NCBI GenBank assembly: GCA_016198325.1
Contig: JACQIV010000015.1
Coordinates: forward strand, 1,423 to 65,422
DNA: 64,000 nucleotides
Origin: Candidatus Curtissbacteria bacterium
Lineage (GTDB): Bacteria > Patescibacteriota > Microgenomatia > Curtissbacterales > GWA2-41-24
Reading direction: 5' to 3'
The notes below the pieces were generated by a model. That model saw only the letters and a program-made list of their open reading frames with translations, was not told where the DNA came from and ran no database searches. Below are positions 1 through 11,700 of this stretch, piece by piece. Each line of letters starts with the position of its first letter. The first letter of the stretch is position 1. Both the position numbers and the translations under genes were made by a program.

Positions 1-146
1 CGTAGCAAGACGTGGATGGGCAACGAAGAAAGACATAATCAACACATTACCTTGGCTTGAATTTAAAAAATTGTTTTCCCATAACAATCAATAATTACGG
101 TAAAAAAGATATAAAAAAATTATAGACAGTTGTGAGGGTTTAGGGT

Positions 147-716
147 ATGATTAGCAATAGTTTTATGAGTCCAACAATAATAATTGTAGTTCTTATCATC
201 ACTTTTTTCCTTTATCTTTGGTTTCTCTACAACGGATTGGTGACTGCAAAAGTTCGCATCAGAGAGGCGTGGTCGCAGATTGAAGTTCAATTAAAAAGAA
301 GGTCATCCCTTATTCCAAACCTGATAGAAACTGTTAAGGGTTATACAAGACACGAAAGAGCTGTGTTCGAGAACGTAACTAAGGCAAGGAGTGCTTTAGT
401 CTCTGCCAAAAACCCTAAGCAAGCCGCAACTGCAGATAATGTTTTAACGGGTGCTCTCAAAACACTTTTCGCGATAGCAGAAGCTTACCCCAACCTTCGT
501 GCGTCGGAAAATTTTAAACAATTGCAGGAAGAGCTTTCCGATACCGAGACAAAGATCGCTGCATCCCGCCAGTTTTATAACGCAAACGTTATGGATTACA
601 ACACCAAAATAAAAGTTTTCCCGAATGTATTTCTCGCCAGACTTTTAAATTTTTCCGAAGAAGAATTTTTTGAAGCGGAAGAAGAATCAAAAAAAGATAT
701 TAAAGTGAAGTTTTAA
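147..716 (+). CDS. LemA family membrane protein
   Basis: N-terminal TM helix followed by a LemA-like domain (…RIREAWSQIEVQLKRRSSLIPNLIETVKGY… / …FYNANVMDYNTKIKVFPNVFLARLL…). Confidence 0.7.
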   Translation: MISNSFMSPTIIIVVLIITFFLYLWFLYNGLVTAKVRIREAWSQIEVQLKRRSSLIPNLIETVKGYTRHERAVFENVTKARSALVSAKNPKQAATADNVLTGALKTLFAIAEAYPNLRASENFKQLQEELSDTETKIAASRQFYNANVMDYNTKIKVFPNVFLARLLNFSEEEFFEAEEESKKDIKVKF

Positions 717-720
717 CTTC

Positions 721-1626
721 ATGAATTCTCCTAAGCTTTTCTCGGGTTCGTCAAATCAAGATTTGGCAAAATTGGTGTCCATTAAATCCGGTATTCCTCT
801 TGGCAGGATAGAAATCGGGAGATTTTCCGATAGTGAAATTGACGTTTGGGTCAAAGACGACGTTAACAATTCAAACGTTTTTATACTTCAATCAAATTCC
901 AAACCTGTTAATGACCACATTATAGAACTTGCCTTAATCGCTGATGCCCTCAGGAGAAGCGGTGCTCATAAAATTACTGCCATTATTCCGTATTTTGGTT
1001 ACAGCAGAAAGGAAAAACAATCCAGGGCCGGTGAGCCAATTTCAGCCAAAGTTGTTGCGGACCTGATTGTCGCAACGGGAATTAATAAAGTAGTTTGTCT
1101 GGATCTGCATGCAGATGCAATTGTGGGGTTCTTTAATGTACCAGTTATTTATTTAACAGCACTTGATGAACTCTCAAAAAGGATAAAAAAGGATAAACCG
1201 CAAAAACCCATCGTTGTTTCACCCGACACGGGTGGAGTGAAAAGGGCAAGAAATTTTGCAAGTCTCCTAAACGCTCCCCTTGCCGTTATGGAAAAACACC
1301 GGCAAATTGATAAACGTGACAAGATCGAGGTGCTTTCTATGACGGGTGAACTTACTGGGGATACGGCTATTCTTGTCGACGATGTAATTTCAACCGGAGG
1401 GACAATTATCGAAAATGCAAATGCCCTCAAACGAAAGGGTGTTAAAAAAATAATAGTTTGTGCAACCCATGGTGTTTTTGCATCAGGTGCAGTTAATAAT
1501 CTCGAAAGTAGCCCCGTCGATAAAATCTATGTAACAGACAGTATCGGACAAAAACAACAAAGTAAAAAAGTGGAAGTTGTATCGGTCGCCGGCCTCATTG
1601 CAGATTGCCTAAAAGAAGAAGTTTAG
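721..1626 (+). CDS. prs: ribose-phosphate pyrophosphokinase (PRPP synthetase)
   Basis: PYFGYSRKEKQSR…PISAKVVADL and DLHA…, VVSPDTGGVKRA, C-terminal PRTase motif LVDDVISTGGT. Confidence 0.9.
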   Translation: MNSPKLFSGSSNQDLAKLVSIKSGIPLGRIEIGRFSDSEIDVWVKDDVNNSNVFILQSNSKPVNDHIIELALIADALRRSGAHKITAIIPYFGYSRKEKQSRAGEPISAKVVADLIVATGINKVVCLDLHADAIVGFFNVPVIYLTALDELSKRIKKDKPQKPIVVSPDTGGVKRARNFASLLNAPLAVMEKHRQIDKRDKIEVLSMTGELTGDTAILVDDVISTGGTIIENANALKRKGVKKIIVCATHGVFASGAVNNLESSPVDKIYVTDSIGQKQQSKKVEVVSVAGLIADCLKEEV

Positions 1627-2414
1627 TGGATTCGGTAACAAAAATTCATAAACAAATCAAGAAAAATAATTCTCTCGTATGCGTCGGTCTGGACCCGGAC
1701 ATTTCAAAAATTCCCCTAAGGTTTAAAAAATACAAATTCCCAATTTTCGAATTTAATAAGTCAATAATAGACGCAACAAACGATCATGTAGCTGTCTATA
1801 AGCCAAATATTGCATTCTATGAAGCGGAAGGTATTGAAGGCCTGAAGCAACTAAAAATGACAATCACCTACTTAAATAAAAACTATCCACAGATACCTGT
1901 TGTTCTTGACGCAAAACGAGCGGATGTTCCAAACACCGCTACATATTACGCAAAAGCAATATTTGATTATTGGAATGCCGATGCCACAACCCTTTATCCG
2001 TATCTTGGAATAGACTCAATTATTCCTTATCTTGAATACAAAAACCGCCTGGTTTTTCTTCTTTTGAAAACATCAAACCCCGACAGCAGTATGTTCCAGG
2101 ACTTAAAGATAGCAGGAAAACCTTTCTATCTGCACATTGCCAAAAAGTTAAAAAATATAAAACAGGCCTTTGGCCTGTTCGTTGGAGCAACTTACCCGAA
2201 AGAGTTAGAAGAGGTCAGGTCTGTCTACCCGGCCAAACTTATATTGTCTGCAGGTATCGGTGCACAAGGCGGTGAAATAAAAAAAGCAGTTGTATCAGGA
2301 GTCGACAACAAACACGGAGGTATTCTTTTTAATTCATCTAGAAGTATAATCTATGCCCAGGATCCCCAAAAAGCTGCCCAGAATTTAAAGGATGAAATCA
2401 ATAGATATAGATAA
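1605..2414 (+). CDS. pyrF: orotidine-5'-phosphate decarboxylase
   Basis: LVCVGLDPD … motif, long-type OMPdecase; TTG start at 1605 or GTG at 1626 overlapping prs stop. Confidence 0.8.
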   Translation: MPKRRSLVDSVTKIHKQIKKNNSLVCVGLDPDISKIPLRFKKYKFPIFEFNKSIIDATNDHVAVYKPNIAFYEAEGIEGLKQLKMTITYLNKNYPQIPVVLDAKRADVPNTATYYAKAIFDYWNADATTLYPYLGIDSIIPYLEYKNRLVFLLLKTSNPDSSMFQDLKIAGKPFYLHIAKKLKNIKQAFGLFVGATYPKELEEVRSVYPAKLILSAGIGAQGGEIKKAVVSGVDNKHGGILFNSSRSIIYAQDPQKAAQNLKDEINRYR

Positions 2415-3051
2415 AACAGCAGAAAAAGTTGCATCAACCCTTTACGACATAAGTGCAATTATTTTCCGCCCGCACCAGCCATTCAAATATGATTCGGGAA
2501 TACTAAGCCCGGTCTATACGGACAATAGGCTTATCATCTCTCATCCAAAAGAAAGAAAACTCGTCACGAAATTTTTGGTTCAAAGAATTAAAGAAATTGG
2601 CATTCCGGACGTAGTTGCCGGTACTGCGACCGCCGGAATAGCCCACGCAGCATTTATTGCAGCAGAGTTAAACATCCCAATGGTATATGTCAGATCCCAA
2701 CCGAAAGACCATGGTAAGGGTAACCAGGTTGAAGGATTAATTAAAAGGGGACAGAGGGCAATTATTATTGAAGATCTTATTTCTACTGCCGGTTCTTCCG
2801 TCAAAGTTGCGAAAGCTTTAAGAAAGCTTGGTGCAAAAGTTACTGATGAGGTTGCGATTTTTACTTATCGCCTCAAAGCATCCGAAGACAACTTCAAGAA
2901 AGCAAGGATTAAGCTTACTTGCCTAACCGATCTGAAGCATTCGGTCGAAACGGCGGTGAAAAAAAGATTTCTTAGGGAAGATCAGGTGCAAATAATACTC
3001 GATTGGGCAAAAGATCCTCAAAACTGGGGAAAGAAAATGGGGTTTGAATGA
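2392..3051 (+). CDS. pyrE: orotate phosphoribosyltransferase
   Basis: VVAGTATAGIAHAAFIAAELNIPMVYVR… and IIEDLISTAGS PRTase motif; overlaps pyrF. Confidence 0.85.
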   Translation: MKSIDIDKTAEKVASTLYDISAIIFRPHQPFKYDSGILSPVYTDNRLIISHPKERKLVTKFLVQRIKEIGIPDVVAGTATAGIAHAAFIAAELNIPMVYVRSQPKDHGKGNQVEGLIKRGQRAIIIEDLISTAGSSVKVAKALRKLGAKVTDEVAIFTYRLKASEDNFKKARIKLTCLTDLKHSVETAVKKRFLREDQVQIILDWAKDPQNWGKKMGFE

Positions 3052-3989
3052 TTGATATTTCTACAAAGATAACAGGCATAAAGCTCGATACATGTGTATT
3101 TAATACCGCAGGCCCAGCAGATGTCACCCTTGAGGAACTTGAAGTAATAGCCAAATCCGGATCATCGGCGATAACGATGAAATCCTGCACGTTGGAGCCA
3201 AGAAATGGCAACCCGGAACCAAGATACGCAGACCTCGAATACGGTTCAATCAATTCAATGGGCTTACCGAATCTTGGTTACAAAGCATACATAAAATTTT
3301 CCAAAATATTAAAAAAGAAATATCCCAAAAAACCGATAGTTGCCAGTATTTCCGGCCTCACCCTTGAAGATAACGTCGTCATCTTTAAAGCATTCAACGA
3401 TACACCAGTTGATATTATCGAGTTTAATCCCGGCTCACCAAACACAATCGGAAAACCAATCGTAGGTTACGATCCGCAAGATTTGGATAGACTACTGGAT
3501 GCGGTCTCAAAAGTAACAAAAAAACCGTACGGCGTTAAGCTCCCGCCGTACTTTGACCTCGTCCATTACGAACAAATCGCAAATGTAATTAAAAGGTATC
3601 CTGTAAAATTCATAACATGCGTCAATTCCATTGGGAACGGCTTGGTTATCAATCCTTACACGGAAAAACCCTTCATAAAGCCAAAAGGAGGCCTGGGTGG
3701 AATAGGCGGTAAATATATCAAATTTGCAGCCCTTGCCAACGTCAAAGTTTTTTCGGACATATTTAAAGGAAAAATTCAGGTGATAGGAGTCGGAGGAATT
3801 TATTCGGGAATTGACGCATTTGAATTTATTTTAGCGGGAGCTTTTGCTGTTCAAATAGGGACTGCATTTTTACAAAAAGGGCCGGGAATATTTAAAAAAG
3901 TTCAGGAAGAACTCAAAGATTTTATGGCATTAAAAGGTTACAAAAAATTATCGGATTTTCGTGGTAAACTAAAAACTCTGGATAAATAA
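3048..3989 (+). CDS. pyrD: dihydroorotate dehydrogenase (class 1-like)
   Basis: FNTAGP…, SMGLPNLGY, GVGGIYSGIDAFEFILAGA motifs; start overlaps pyrE stop (ATGA). Confidence 0.85.
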   Translation: MIDISTKITGIKLDTCVFNTAGPADVTLEELEVIAKSGSSAITMKSCTLEPRNGNPEPRYADLEYGSINSMGLPNLGYKAYIKFSKILKKKYPKKPIVASISGLTLEDNVVIFKAFNDTPVDIIEFNPGSPNTIGKPIVGYDPQDLDRLLDAVSKVTKKPYGVKLPPYFDLVHYEQIANVIKRYPVKFITCVNSIGNGLVINPYTEKPFIKPKGGLGGIGGKYIKFAALANVKVFSDIFKGKIQVIGVGGIYSGIDAFEFILAGAFAVQIGTAFLQKGPGIFKKVQEELKDFMALKGYKKLSDFRGKLKTLDK

Positions 3990-3990
3990 A

Positions 3991-4578
3991 GTGGAGAGAA
4001 GATATCAGACGATCCCAAGAATAGAAGCGGAAACCACAATTAAAAATGGCGTGGTTGTTGTTGAAGGGAAAGAAGATGGGGAATATTTTCATTTGGCGAT
4101 CGGGGCCACCAGCGACATTTCAAAACTCGAAGATCTTGCAAGAAACATCGATTCGTTGAACGGCCAATTTCCCATGACGTACAGGGAAGCCCATGATGTG
4201 CATGCTTTAATTAGCGCCTCCCCAAATATTCAAATATTCACAACACCTCAACTTTCGCCAGCTTCCGGTGAAACGTCTCAATCAAGATACTGGGGTTGGA
4301 CAAAACAAAATAGGTTACTTATCCAGATAAACGGACGTAGAATAAGAAGCTCCTTTCATGGGCATAATGATATTGAAATAAACCACCAGGTTTTTGGCGA
4401 AACAATTCTTTCCTTGTCACATACCGGGAAAGAAGTAGATGTTCAAGAATACAAAATGTTTGACCAGGAGGCAAAAATATTGGAAGCTGGTACCTTCCAT
4501 CAAGTCAGAACGGAAAAACACCCGTCGCTTAATATACTTCTTTGTTATTTCGACAAACATATCCGTCCCCGAGAGTAG
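3991..4578 (+). CDS. hypothetical protein, possible cupin fold
   Basis: HGHNDIEINHQVFG fits cupin motif 1 (G-x5-HxH-x3-E-x6-G); GTG start; no further assignment. Confidence 0.3.
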   Translation: MERRYQTIPRIEAETTIKNGVVVVEGKEDGEYFHLAIGATSDISKLEDLARNIDSLNGQFPMTYREAHDVHALISASPNIQIFTTPQLSPASGETSQSRYWGWTKQNRLLIQINGRRIRSSFHGHNDIEINHQVFGETILSLSHTGKEVDVQEYKMFDQEAKILEAGTFHQVRTEKHPSLNILLCYFDKHIRPRE

Positions 4579-4622
4579 AACATTATCCTCAAAGTCTAGG
4601 AATTGATATAATTCAACGTATC

Positions 4623-5540
4623 ATGACAGCCTACACGCAAGCTTCCGCCAACCGTTTTAAAACCTGGCTTATTATGTTTTTCTTCGCAATTTTTATTACT
4701 GCAATCGCCTTCGTTTTTACCCAGGCGCTGGGCTACCGGGGTCCTTCTGCCCTTGGCTTTACAGGGATTGCTCTCATAGTAGCAGGAATAATGAATTTTA
4801 TTTCCTACTACTATAGCGACAAAATGGTTATGGCAATTTCCGGAGCAAAACAAATACAGAAAAAGGACAACCCTGAAGTCTTTCGTATAATCGAAAACCT
4901 CACAATTGCATCGGGGCTTCCAATGCCTAAAGTCTACATAATTGATGACACTGCACCTAACGCCTTTGCAACAGGCCGTGACCCCAAGCACGCGGCGATT
5001 GCTTTTACGACAGGAATTCTGTCTAAACTTTCCCGGCAGGAACTCGAGGGAGTCGCAGCCCACGAAATTTCCCATGTTGGTAACTTTGATACTAGACTAA
5101 TGACAATCGTTTCGATTCTTGTTGGCACGGTTGCACTCCTTGCCGATTGGTTCATTAGGATTAATTGGTGGGGTGGTGGGCGCGACCGGGACGAGGACAG
5201 GGGACAGCTAGGCGCAATTATGGCAATTGTCGGAATCATTCTGGCTCTTTTGGCGCCGATTATTGCAACGCTAATTCAACTTTCAATTTCCAGGAAAAGA
5301 GAGTTTTTAGCCGACGCTTCAGGGTCATTAATTACAAGAAACCCCGACGCGCTCGCCGATGCTCTTATTAAAATCTCAAAAGACAAGGAACCCCTTGAAG
5401 TAGCTAATAAGGCAACTGCCCATCTTTATATCGTGAACCCTTTTAAAGACAGGCATGCAATAACCGGGTGGTTTGCAGGTCTGTTTAATACTCACCCTCC
5501 AATTGAAGAGCGAGTGAAAACCTTGAGGGAAATGCAGTAG
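4623..5540 (+). CDS. htpX: M48 zinc metalloprotease HtpX
   Basis: HEISHVGNFD HExxH motif, multiple TM helices; start moved to ATG 4623 to avoid overlap with the upstream gene. Confidence 0.8.
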   Translation: MTAYTQASANRFKTWLIMFFFAIFITAIAFVFTQALGYRGPSALGFTGIALIVAGIMNFISYYYSDKMVMAISGAKQIQKKDNPEVFRIIENLTIASGLPMPKVYIIDDTAPNAFATGRDPKHAAIAFTTGILSKLSRQELEGVAAHEISHVGNFDTRLMTIVSILVGTVALLADWFIRINWWGGGRDRDEDRGQLGAIMAIVGIILALLAPIIATLIQLSISRKREFLADASGSLITRNPDALADALIKISKDKEPLEVANKATAHLYIVNPFKDRHAITGWFAGLFNTHPPIEERVKTLREMQ

Positions 5541-5542
5541 AT

Positions 5543-5833
5543 ATGTCAAAAGTCAAAATTGATATCAATCACGTCTCAAAACTTGCAAACTTGAACTTAA
5601 CTAAAGAAGAAAAAGAAAAATTCGAGAAACAACTTTCTAGTGTCCTTACGTATATCTCTCAACTGAATGAAATTGAAACCGAAGGTGTAGAGCCCATCGG
5701 TCATATCACCGGAATGGTTAATGTACTAAGAGAAGATGAACCGAGACCGTCACTATCGCAGGAAGATTCACTCCTCAATGCATCAAAAAAACAAAACGGA
5801 TTCTTCCAGGTAGATTCCATTTTTGAAGAATGA
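5543..5833 (+). CDS. gatC: Asp/Glu-tRNA amidotransferase subunit C
   Basis: 96 aa, typical GatC N-terminus, directly precedes gatA/gatB. Confidence 0.85.
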   Translation: MSKVKIDINHVSKLANLNLTKEEKEKFEKQLSSVLTYISQLNEIETEGVEPIGHITGMVNVLREDEPRPSLSQEDSLLNASKKQNGFFQVDSIFEE

Positions 5834-7242
5834 AAAAACTAAAAGGCTTGACTATAAAAGAAGCAAGTAAGCTCCTTGAGGCAAAGGAGATTTCAGCAAA
5901 AGAACTCGTCGCGGATTATATTAGCCGTGCAAAAAAACTCAATAAAAACTTAAATTCATTCCTAACCTTTGCTGAAAATGAAGCAATTGATCAAGCAGAG
6001 AGAATTGATAAATTAAGAAGAGACAATCAAAAACTAAGTCCGTTGGCTGGGATTCCATTTGCTGCCAAAGATATATTTTCTACAAAAGGAATTAAAACAA
6101 CTGCCGGGTCAAAAGTCCTGGAAAGCTACATTCCTGTCTACGACGCAACAGTAGTTGGCAAACTGTTTGAAGCAGGAGCATGCATTGTTGGTAAAACGAA
6201 CCAGGACGCATGGGCTCACGGTTCGAGTGGTGAGAATTCCGATTTTAGACCCACTAAAAATCCGTATGACACTTCAAGGGTTCCGGGAGGTTCATCCTCT
6301 GGTTCAGCAGTAGCCACCGCAGCTGACCAGGTAATATTTGCAACCGGAACAGACACCGGTGGATCAATACGCCTGCCGGCAGCATTTTGTAATGTTGTTG
6401 GTCTCAAACCTACTTACGGAAGAGTTTCAAGGTACGGAATAATTGCGATGGCATCGTCACTTGACAGCATTGGTCATTTTACAAAAACCGTTTTTGATAA
6501 CGCGCTTGTTTTGAATACAACCGCAGGCTTGGACGAAATGGACGCGACGACTTCACCTCTTAAAATAGACAACTACACGGACGAAATTAGAAAAAGCCCG
6601 TCTGGACTAAAAGTGGGTCTACCGAAAGAATATTTTGAAGGATTAAATAAAGAAATCAAACAAAATATAACGAAAGCATTAAACGTTCTGGAAAGACAAG
6701 GAGTAATTATTGAAAATGTTTCACTTCCACACACAAAATACGGTGTGGCAACATATTACATAATTCAGCCGTCCGAGGTTTCATCTAATTTGGCTCGTTA
6801 TGACGGGATTCGGTTTGGATATGATAGAGATAATTTTGGGGCTGAAGCAAAAAGAAGAATAATACTTGGGACATACACTCTTTCTTCCGGCTATTACGAC
6901 GCCTATTACTTAAAAGCTATGAAAATACGGCGACTTATCCGACAGGATTTCATAAAAGCATTTAAAAAGGTTGATGTAATTATTACTCCGACTTCTGCGA
7001 GTTTACCGTTTAAATTCGAAGAAAAAACAGACGATCCTTTAACGATGTATCTTTCCGACATTTACACCACAAATATCAATCTTGCAGGAATCCCAAGTCT
7101 TAATGTCCCATGCGGATTTATTGATAATTTGCCTACTGGAATGCAAATAATTGGTCCGGATTTTTCCGAAAAACTGCTTTACCGGGTTGGTCATTCTTAT
7201 GAACAGGAATCAAGATGGTTCGAGAGGAGACCGAATTTGTGA
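5830..7242 (+). CDS. gatA: Asp/Glu-tRNA amidotransferase subunit A
   Basis: Amidase signature GGSSSGSAVATAA…GTDTGGSIR; overlaps gatC stop. Confidence 0.9.
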   Translation: MKKLKGLTIKEASKLLEAKEISAKELVADYISRAKKLNKNLNSFLTFAENEAIDQAERIDKLRRDNQKLSPLAGIPFAAKDIFSTKGIKTTAGSKVLESYIPVYDATVVGKLFEAGACIVGKTNQDAWAHGSSGENSDFRPTKNPYDTSRVPGGSSSGSAVATAADQVIFATGTDTGGSIRLPAAFCNVVGLKPTYGRVSRYGIIAMASSLDSIGHFTKTVFDNALVLNTTAGLDEMDATTSPLKIDNYTDEIRKSPSGLKVGLPKEYFEGLNKEIKQNITKALNVLERQGVIIENVSLPHTKYGVATYYIIQPSEVSSNLARYDGIRFGYDRDNFGAEAKRRIILGTYTLSSGYYDAYYLKAMKIRRLIRQDFIKAFKKVDVIITPTSASLPFKFEEKTDDPLTMYLSDIYTTNINLAGIPSLNVPCGFIDNLPTGMQIIGPDFSEKLLYRVGHSYEQESRWFERRPNL

Positions 7243-8705
7243 ACTGGGAAGCAGTAATTGGATTAGAAGTGCATATTGAACTTTCGACAAAGTCGAAAAT
7301 GTTTTGCGGATGTTCCACAGACTATTTTACTGCAAAGCCAAACACTCACACTTGCCCTGTTTGTCTTGGTTTACCGGGGGCTATGCCTAAAGCCAACAAA
7401 TTGGCCATTAAATATACTCAACTTATTGGACTGGCACTTAACTGTAAAACCAGAACGGGTAGTAAATTTGATCGCAAGAACTATTTTTACCCGGATTTAG
7501 CAAAAGGATTTCAAATCTCTCAATACGACCTACCGTTTTCCGAAAACGGCCATATGTTTATAACTACCAACGGCAGAACAAAAAAAATTGGAATCACGCG
7601 GGCACATTTAGAAGAAGACACCGGCAAACTAATCCATACAAAATTAAATGGAACGAGATTAACATTAGTTGATTTTAACCGAAGCGGCGTCCCTCTAATA
7701 GAAATCGTAACTGAACCGGATATCTCGTCGAGTCTTGAAGCAAAAACGTACGCACGGAATCTGCAGCAAGTTGTCAGGTATTTAAAAGTATCGGATGCAG
7801 ACATGGAAAAGGGAAGTATGAGAATCGAACCAAATGTTTCATTAAGAAAAGTGACAAAGGGTCAAGAATCAATGGTCAAGGAATTACCGCCCTACAAGGT
7901 TGAACTTAAAAACATAAATTCATTTAAATTTGCAGAAAAAGCAATTGAGTATGAAATAAAAAGACAAAGGAAAATTTTAGAATCTGGCAAAATGCCAAAA
8001 CAGGAAACTAGAGGGTGGAACGAAACAAAACAGGAAACTGTAAGTCAAAGAAGTAAAGAAGAGGCACACGATTACCGATATTTTCCAGAACCGGACTTGC
8101 CCCCCTTCGCATTTGAAGAAAAATATTTCAAATCAATCTCAGAAGAAATTCCCGAACTTCCCGACGAAAAAAGAAAAAGGTTCACAAAAGACTACTCGTT
8201 AGCGGAAAACGACGCAAGGACACTTACCGAAGGCGTTGAACTTGCCAAGTTTTTCGAGGAAGCAGCAGGAGCTTACAAAAAAGATCCGAAAATCGTCGCA
8301 AACTGGATCACGGGTGAGGTCCTAAGGAGATTAAACGAAGAAAATAAAACTATTTCGGATTCTCCACTACTCCCCGCCTCCCTCGCAGAACTTTTATTTT
8401 TGATTGATAAAGGGGAAATTACTAAAGCAAATGGAAAAGAAATACTGGCAAACATGATAAAAACCGGGGATGATCCAAGAGCAACCGTAATTAAATTAAA
8501 AGTAACGGGAATTTCCGATATAAAGCTGGAAGAAATAGTAATTCAGACAATCTCCAGAAATCCAAAAGCTATTGAAGATTACAAAAAAGGGAAAGAAGCT
8601 AGTTTAATGTTTTTGATTGGTCAAGTTCAAAGAATTACGAAGGGCCAGGCAAAGCCGGAAAAAGTCAGAGAATTTGTCCTTAGAAAACTCTCGGAAGCTG
8701 ATTGA
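7215..8705 (+). CDS. gatB: Asp/Glu-tRNA amidotransferase subunit B
   Basis: CPVCLGLPGAMP zinc-binding motif, GatB/YqeY C-terminal domain. Confidence 0.9.
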   Translation: MVREETEFVNWEAVIGLEVHIELSTKSKMFCGCSTDYFTAKPNTHTCPVCLGLPGAMPKANKLAIKYTQLIGLALNCKTRTGSKFDRKNYFYPDLAKGFQISQYDLPFSENGHMFITTNGRTKKIGITRAHLEEDTGKLIHTKLNGTRLTLVDFNRSGVPLIEIVTEPDISSSLEAKTYARNLQQVVRYLKVSDADMEKGSMRIEPNVSLRKVTKGQESMVKELPPYKVELKNINSFKFAEKAIEYEIKRQRKILESGKMPKQETRGWNETKQETVSQRSKEEAHDYRYFPEPDLPPFAFEEKYFKSISEEIPELPDEKRKRFTKDYSLAENDARTLTEGVELAKFFEEAAGAYKKDPKIVANWITGEVLRRLNEENKTISDSPLLPASLAELLFLIDKGEITKANGKEILANMIKTGDDPRATVIKLKVTGISDIKLEEIVIQTISRNPKAIEDYKKGKEASLMFLIGQVQRITKGQAKPEKVREFVLRKLSEAD

Positions 8706-8741
8706 AAATCCCCAGGTTTAAAGCTAAACTGTAATCCGGCT

Positions 8742-11700
8742 ATGAGCAATTTCGTACACCTGCACGTACACACTGAATTTTCCCTGCTGGACGGTCTTTC
8801 CAAAATTTCAAAACTGGTAACTCAGGCAAAAATCCTGGGCATGAAACACTTGGCAATAACCGACCACGGAGGAATGTATGGGGCAGTCAAGTTTTATAAG
8901 GAGTGTATTCAGGAAGGAATTAATCCGATTATTGGATGCGAAATGTATATTGCAAAAAGAGGGTACAAAGATAAGGAAATGGGGAAGGATAATGAAAATT
9001 TCCACTTAACGGTTTTTGCGCAGGACTTAGAAGGCTATAGAAACTTAATGAAGCTGGTTACGATATCTCACGAAGAAGGGTTCTATTACAGGCCAAGAAT
9101 AGATAAAGAGTTGCTCTCCAGATACTCGAAAGGATTGCTTGCACTGTCCGGCTGTTCATCCTCGGAGGTTTCAAAAGCGATTATTTCCGGAGATTTAAAA
9201 GCCGCAGACAAAAATATTAAAGAGTACCGTAATATTTTTGGTAAAGACAATTTTTATCTGGAAATTCAAAGACACCAATTTGACCAGTATAAAAAAAATC
9301 ACCCAGAAGGCAGTGAAATATATATGGACTTGGACAGGATGGATAAGGAGGAAAAGAAAATAATTACCGGATCAAAGAAATTATCAAAAGAAGTAAAAAT
9401 TGGAATTGTTGCCACCAACGATATCCACTATGTAAATCAGGCAGACGCTCAGGCACAAGATGCAGTAGTTTGTATACAGACAGGCAAAATGCTTTCGGAT
9501 ATTAAGCGTCTTAGAATGATAGATTCCCCTACGTATTACTTAAAAAGCGCCGAAGAAATGAGCCAACTTTTTTCGGATATTCCTGAAGCTGTCAAAAATA
9601 CTCTGGCAGTTGCAGAAAAAATAAATATCGGGATCCCCCTTGCTCAGGTTGCATTTCCCGCCTTCGATGTTCCAAGCGATAAAACCCCGGAAGAATACCT
9701 AAGAAAAAGATGCATGGAGGGGATAGAGAGCAGGATGGAAAAAATAACTAAAGAAATAAGAGACAGGCTTGACTACGAACTTTCGGTAATTATTCAAAAA
9801 GGATACTCGACTTATTTTCTGGTCGTGTCCGACTTTGTAACATGGGCCCGCGACAAAGGGATAATCTCAACAACCAGAGGTTCAGCGTCCGGAAGCCTGG
9901 TTTCTTTTGCTTTAGGAATAACGACAGTTAATCCTTTATTTTTTAAACTGCCCTTCGAAAGGTTTTTAAATCTTTACCGGCCAACGCTTCCCGATATTGA
10001 CGTGGATTTTGCCGACAACCGCCGGGATGAAGTTATTGATTATGTAAGACAAAAATACGGATCCGGAAAAGTTGCCCAAATTGGTACGTTCGGAACAATG
10101 ATGGCGAGGGCAGCGATAAGGGACGTTGCCAGGGTTCTTGCCTGGCCTTATTCTAGAGCCGATAGAGTTGCAAAAATGGTTCCTCTCGGAGCTCAGGGCT
10201 TCCCAATGTCAATTGAAAAAGCAAAAAAAATCAATCATGATCTCGAAACTCTATATCAGAACGATAAAGAGGTTAAAGAACTCCTCGATCTTGCAGAAAA
10301 AGTTGAAGGTAATGTCCGCCATGTGTCCGTTCACGCTGCGGGAGTTGTAATTGCCCCAAAGGATTTAACTCAGTACACCCCTCTTCAAAAAGAAACTTCG
10401 GGCGAAAAAATAATCACACAATTTGACATGCATGACATCGAGGAAGTCGGCCTTGTAAAAATGGACTTTTTGGGAATTCGGAACCTTTCCATTCTCGGAC
10501 AGGCAATTGAAATTGTCAGGCAGACAAGAGGAGAGGAAGTGGATCTTACAAAGATCGGTTTTGACGATAAAAAAGCGTTTGAACTTATGGCGAAAGGCGA
10601 AACAATGGGTCTTTTTCAGCTTTCCGGTTCCGGCATGACCAGATATTTAAAAGAGCTTAGGCCGACTAATATTTTCGATATCATGGCCATGATATCTCTT
10701 TTTAGACCGGGACCTATGAATTCCATTCCTGAATTTATCGAAAGGAAAAATATAAAGAAAAAAGTCTTGTATTTTGACCCCAGGATGGAAAGTTACCTTA
10801 AAGAGTCTTATGGGGTGATTGTTTATCAGGACGATGTGCTTCTAACCGCAATAAATATTGCTGGTTACAACTGGGAGGAGGCAGATAAATTCCGAAAAGC
10901 AATGGGTAAAAAAATACCTTCGGAAATGGCCAAACAAAAAGAAAAATTTATCGATGGGGCAATAAAAAACGGCATGGGAGGACAAAAAGCGGACGATTTA
11001 TTCAAACTGATCGAGCCATTCGCCGCATATGGATTTAATAAGGCTCATGCCGCCTCATACGCCGTTATAGCTTACCAGACGGCGTACATGAAGGCCAATT
11101 ACCCTGTGGAGTTTATGACCGCTGTAATGTCGGCAGAAAGCGATGACCCCGACAAAATTGCAGCGGCGGTTGCAGAATGTGCAAAAATGAAAATTCTCGT
11201 GCTTCCACCGGACATTAATCATTCTCAAACCGGCTTTACAATTGAAGGCACCGGTGTCAAAAAAGCGATAAGGTTTGGGCTGTCTGCAATTAAAAACGTC
11301 GGCCATGCGGCGATTGAAGCAATTCTTTCGGAAAGAGAATCCGAAGGAGAATTTCAAACTATTGATAATTTTGTCAGGCGGGTTAATCTTAGAGTTGTAA
11401 ACAGGAAAACACTGGAAAGCCTCATTAAAGCGGGTGCAATGGATGCATTCGGAAAAAGGAATGCCCTCCTGGCCATTTTAGATGAATTAAAAAACAGCGG
11501 AACAACACTTTCCAAATCGGTCGCCGAAGGCCAAGGATCCCTTTTCGAAAAAGAAGATTTGGAAAATAAGGTAGGACCTACACGCGCGGTGGTAGAAATA
11601 ATGCAAAAAGTTGAGGAAGCTACAAAAGAAGAAATTCTTTCCTGGGAAAGAGAGCTCTTGGGTTTTTATTTAACGGAACACCCACTCGCGAAATTAAGTG

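Noticed and set aside
1149-1430. Antisense ORFs embedded in confident genes. Examples: 1149-1430, 2580-2804, 4596-5075, 4934-5239, 5165-5371, 6216-6407, 11055-11357, 14120-14710, 21554-22209, 23169-23945, 30502-30821, 43619-44295, 49180-50100, 55450-55994, 56285-56816 and others in the ORF track.
   Set aside because: They lie wholly inside, antisense to or out of frame with, well-supported genes. They have odd composition and no start context, so they are treated as shadow ORFs.
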